DNA of 64,000 nucleotides from Schmidtea polychroa (Eukaryota): NCBI GenBank assembly GCA_044892525.1, contig CM097887.1, positions 102,216,397 to 102,280,396 of the forward strand, read 5' to 3'. Shown piece by piece: positions 62,393 to 64,000 of this stretch (position 1 is its first letter; each line of letters starts with the position of its first letter). The notes under the pieces were generated by a model. It saw only the letters and a program-made list of their open reading frames with translations, ran no database searches and was not told where the DNA came from. The position numbers and the translations under genes were made by a program.

Positions 62393-62550
62393 TCTGATTT
62401 TTAAAAGAAAATTAAAAATTGAATAATTTAAACAATTTCAAATAAATAAAGAAAACATTAAACATAAATATATTTTTAAGCTATTGAATCGAGTAAATAA
62501 CTTTACACCATGTATTTAACAACATATATTTTAAATCACAATCAACTATA

Positions 62551-64000
62551 TTATAATTGGTCAGCCATTAATTCCAAGCTACAATTATTCATATGTACAT
62601 CAAATCTAAATTTAAATTAAATATATTTCGATTTAATTAAATAACATACCTAGACCTAGAATTTTGTCCTGCAATTATTAATCCACACTGTGAACAAGAA
62701 AATGCTAATTTTTCAACAGACATTAATGAAGAATATGGATCATCAATTGCTGTTGTCTGGCAATCATTATTGATTTGGTGTTTCTCTAAAACGTAAGAAC
62801 TCGAAAATGTTAATTTACAATTACCACATTGAGGAGATGACTTTTTAAGATGTTCAGAATTATAGTGATCTTTTAAATAACTTTTACTATTTTTCCCGAA
62901 AAATAATCTACTACAATTGGGGCAAATTTGGAAAAAATCATTTTCTTTACTATCTTCAATATGAGTATAAGAATGAACTAAAAGTTCGAATGGATTATTA
63001 AACACTGCTTCACAATTTGAGCACTGAGATGGGTTCTCTTCACAATCAGTATTAATTAAAATATCCAATTCATCTACGGATTTAGCTATCGGTTCTACAC
63101 AATTTTCATTGTTGTTTTGAACAATTTCTAACATTGGTTCTTCATTAACATTTTCAATAATTTCTGGATGTGATAAACTCAAATGATGAGATAAATCGGC
63201 TTGATTTGTAAAAACTAGATGGCACTTTTCACATGAATAAGTTCTATCTGGTATTGCTTTTGTTTGTTTTGGTAAAGTATTTTGATGCGACCTTTCTAAA
63301 TGTCTTCGATAATTGGTTTGATTTGTGAAAATTAATCCACAAATTTTACAAGTAAATTTCTCTAACTCTGGATGATTGACAGAAACATGGTGCAATCGCA
63401 CATCAAGATTTTGAAATGATAAATGACATATGGGACATGTTAAAATCGATGCACTGACTTTGTTGCGTTTAGCGAATAAATGTTTGAAATCTTTTTGTTT
63501 AATTTTCTTTCGCATTTCTTCACTCATTTTCAACGCATTTTCAGCCATACTAAGTTTCTTTTTCATTTGTAGTGCTCTCATTTTTCTCATGTGACTTGAT
63601 ATTCGAATATAGGTACTCTTGACCTTTTTGTTAATCTGAATCAAATAAATTTCAAATTAAATGTTTAAAATACTAATTAAAAGCCAAATATGTTAGTTAT
63701 TGCTGACTAGAGCAATCGATATAATTTAGTCATACAAAAAATGAAGTATTTGTTGCTACAAATACTGTAAACTTTTCAATTTAAATAAATTAATATTAAA
63801 TTTAAAAAATCAAATTTAAATCAATATGAAATTTTACAATTTAGAAACTATAAAGAAATATAAATTCGATTTTTAATATAAAACATAAAAGGATTTTTAC
63901 TTGAGTTAAACTGGAAGAATTAATCATTTTATTTAATGATTCTCTTGACATCTTAAGGGGATTTTCGATTTTTTCTTCCTCTCTTTTCAATACAGATGAA
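62551..64000 (-). CDS. C2H2 zinc-finger protein, 3' part; exons about 63903-64000, 62650-63635 and 62551-62605
   Basis: Multiple CxxC...HxxxH fingers (CPICHLSFQNLDVRLHHVSVNH, CKICGLIFTNQTNYRRHLERSH). A 44-nt last intron completes CSQC...RFDVHMNNC. Confidence 0.85.

Overview
A very AT-rich animal genomic window. The base composition, 44-50 nt introns and repeat types suggest a triclad flatworm or similar invertebrate, but this is inference. Most of it is transposon-derived. Host genes are an intact NUDT21/CFIm25 (61446-62392, minus), a C2H2 zinc-finger gene just upstream (minus, runs off the right end) and two SH3 exons of a CD2AP/CIN85-like gene (minus). The standout is a young 13.6-kb Ty3/Gypsy LTR element (40961-54552, minus) with 1083-bp LTRs, an AAAG TSD and a tRNA-Phe-like PBS. 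Its unusual order is Gag, a ubiquitin-like/AT-hook extension, a chuvirus-like class III fusion glycoprotein, PR-RT-RH-IN, then an in-frame FnIII-like type I membrane protein. A separate ORF3 carries a catalytically degenerate REXO4/ISG20-like exonuclease fold and runs into the 3' LTR. The element is nested in an LTR of a related tRNA-Trp-primed family. Also present: three minimal type I hammerhead ribozymes in a 371-nt Penelope/retrozyme-like repeat, one insertion of which has a 14-bp TSD; a 7.2-kb near-perfect palindrome; tandem arrays including a 3x60-bp higher-order repeat; a full-length hATm transposon with one frameshift; several hAT, piggyBac, pogo and Gypsy remnants; and an orphan 275-aa ORF. 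All family assignments come from motif recognition by eye; no database searches were run.
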